From positions 1 through 50,422 of the forward strand of contig CAYUJR010000005.1 of the NCBI GenBank assembly GCA_964445095.1: 50,422 nt of DNA, read 5' to 3'. The DNA comes from an uncultured Gammaproteobacteria bacterium (GTDB lineage Bacteria > Patescibacteriota > Microgenomatia > Levybacterales > JACOYD01). Each line of letters starts with the position of its first letter. Position 1 is the first letter of the stretch. Below are positions 49,885 through 50,422 of this stretch, piece after piece. The position numbers and the translations under genes are program-made. The notes beneath the pieces are model-generated. The model saw only the letters and a list, made by a program, of their open reading frames with translations, was not told the DNA's origin and did not search any database.

Positions 49885-49933
49885 TATTTTGATAATAACA
49901 TACTGCTAAATATTTGTCAAAAACAAAACAATT

Positions 49934-50236
49934 TTAGGCATTCATAACACCCACTATACTATTACTAGGTTGAGCTTGAGGTCCAGTTTTTTCTGCTGGC
50001 TTAGACAAACTAGCATCAACCTGACTTGTTCCACTTTCTGGCCTAACAACTCTTTGCAGATCGTAGCTTGTTGCATCAAAGACGACTACACACATTCCTC
50101 TACCAGATATATCTCCATGATCCAATCCATTTACTTTCGTAACGTCTGCTTCTACTCGAACACTTGCGCCTCCGGCGGGAAATTCAGTTGTTCCTCCTGT
50201 TATTACGGGAACATTTGGATTTATTTCTACGCTCAT
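49934..50236 (-). CDS. Hypothetical protein (100 aa)
   Basis: SD AAAGGGGGTG precedes ATG 50236; no recognised domain. Confidence 0.65.
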   Translation of the reverse strand: MSVEINPNVPVITGGTTEFPAGGASVRVEADVTKVNGLDHGDISGRGMCVVVFDATSYDLQRVVRPESGTSQVDASLSKPAEKTGPQAQPSNSIVGVMNA

Positions 50237-50261
50237 TCTATTCACCCCCTTTCAAAGCATT

Positions 50262-50332
50262 AAAAAACCTCCCGTTGGGGAGGTCTTAAAAATTACTTTA
50301 TTTTAGATTTTAATTATCTAAAAAGACCTCCC
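50262..50332 (-). terminator. Attenuator upstream of the 100-aa orphan
   Basis: GGGAGGTCTT ... AAGACCTCCCC-aac-GGGAGG-TTTTTT. Confidence 0.78.
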
Positions 50333-50418
50333 GTAAAAGCTCCCAAAAGGAGAGCCAATAATAGAAGGCTAAGTAAAATTTCAACTTTCTTAAAATCTAA
50401 AACAATGCTTTTTGTCAT
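50314..50418 (-). CDS. Leu-rich leader peptide MTKSIVLDFKKVEILLSLLLLALLLGAFTGGLFR
   Basis: 34-codon ORF at the window edge, so the start and promoter cannot be verified; 9 Leu in 11 codons. Confidence 0.65.
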   Translation of the reverse strand: MTKSIVLDFKKVEILLSLLLLALLLGAFTGGLFR

Positions 50419-50422
50419 TATG

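Noticed and set aside
44377-50332. Recurring CCTCCC/GGGAGG motifs read as a CRISPR array, T-boxes or IS ends
   Set aside because: Spacing is irregular, and there are no cas genes, no T-box UGGNACC bulge and no transposase. Each copy is explained as an attenuator hairpin.

Overview
This window is chromosomal DNA from a small-genome bacterium, very likely CPR/Patescibacteria (Microgenomates-like). That is inferred from gene content: a DUF5656-type membrane protein, a type IV pilus locus without PilQ, a short PheT and largely leaderless genes. It carries yebC-ruvC, a probable replication terminus with a dif-like site, a GH37 trehalase, a Xer recombinase and a frameshifted RAYT transposase. It also carries folD, gyrB-ppa-gyrA, a full type IV pilus locus, translation genes, PBP1A, an aromatic amino-acid operon contiguous with pheST, thrS-infC-rpmI-rplT, thrC and a tRNA-Val locus. 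The strongest unannotated signal is a family of four leader-peptide attenuators built on one GGGAGG / CCTCCC-loop-GGGAGG-Tn chassis. The leaders are Phe/Tyr-rich before the aro operon, Thr4 before thrS, and Ile-rich or Leu-rich before two orphan genes. Other notable structure includes an intact tRNA-Val nested inside a split tRNA-like gene fused to a GIY-YIG nuclease, in-frame 7-nt tandem repeats in many core genes, and a GIY-YIG palindromic element with a gene-less copy. An acyl carrier protein also lacks its phosphopantetheine serine. All calls are by eye; no database searches or folding programs were run.
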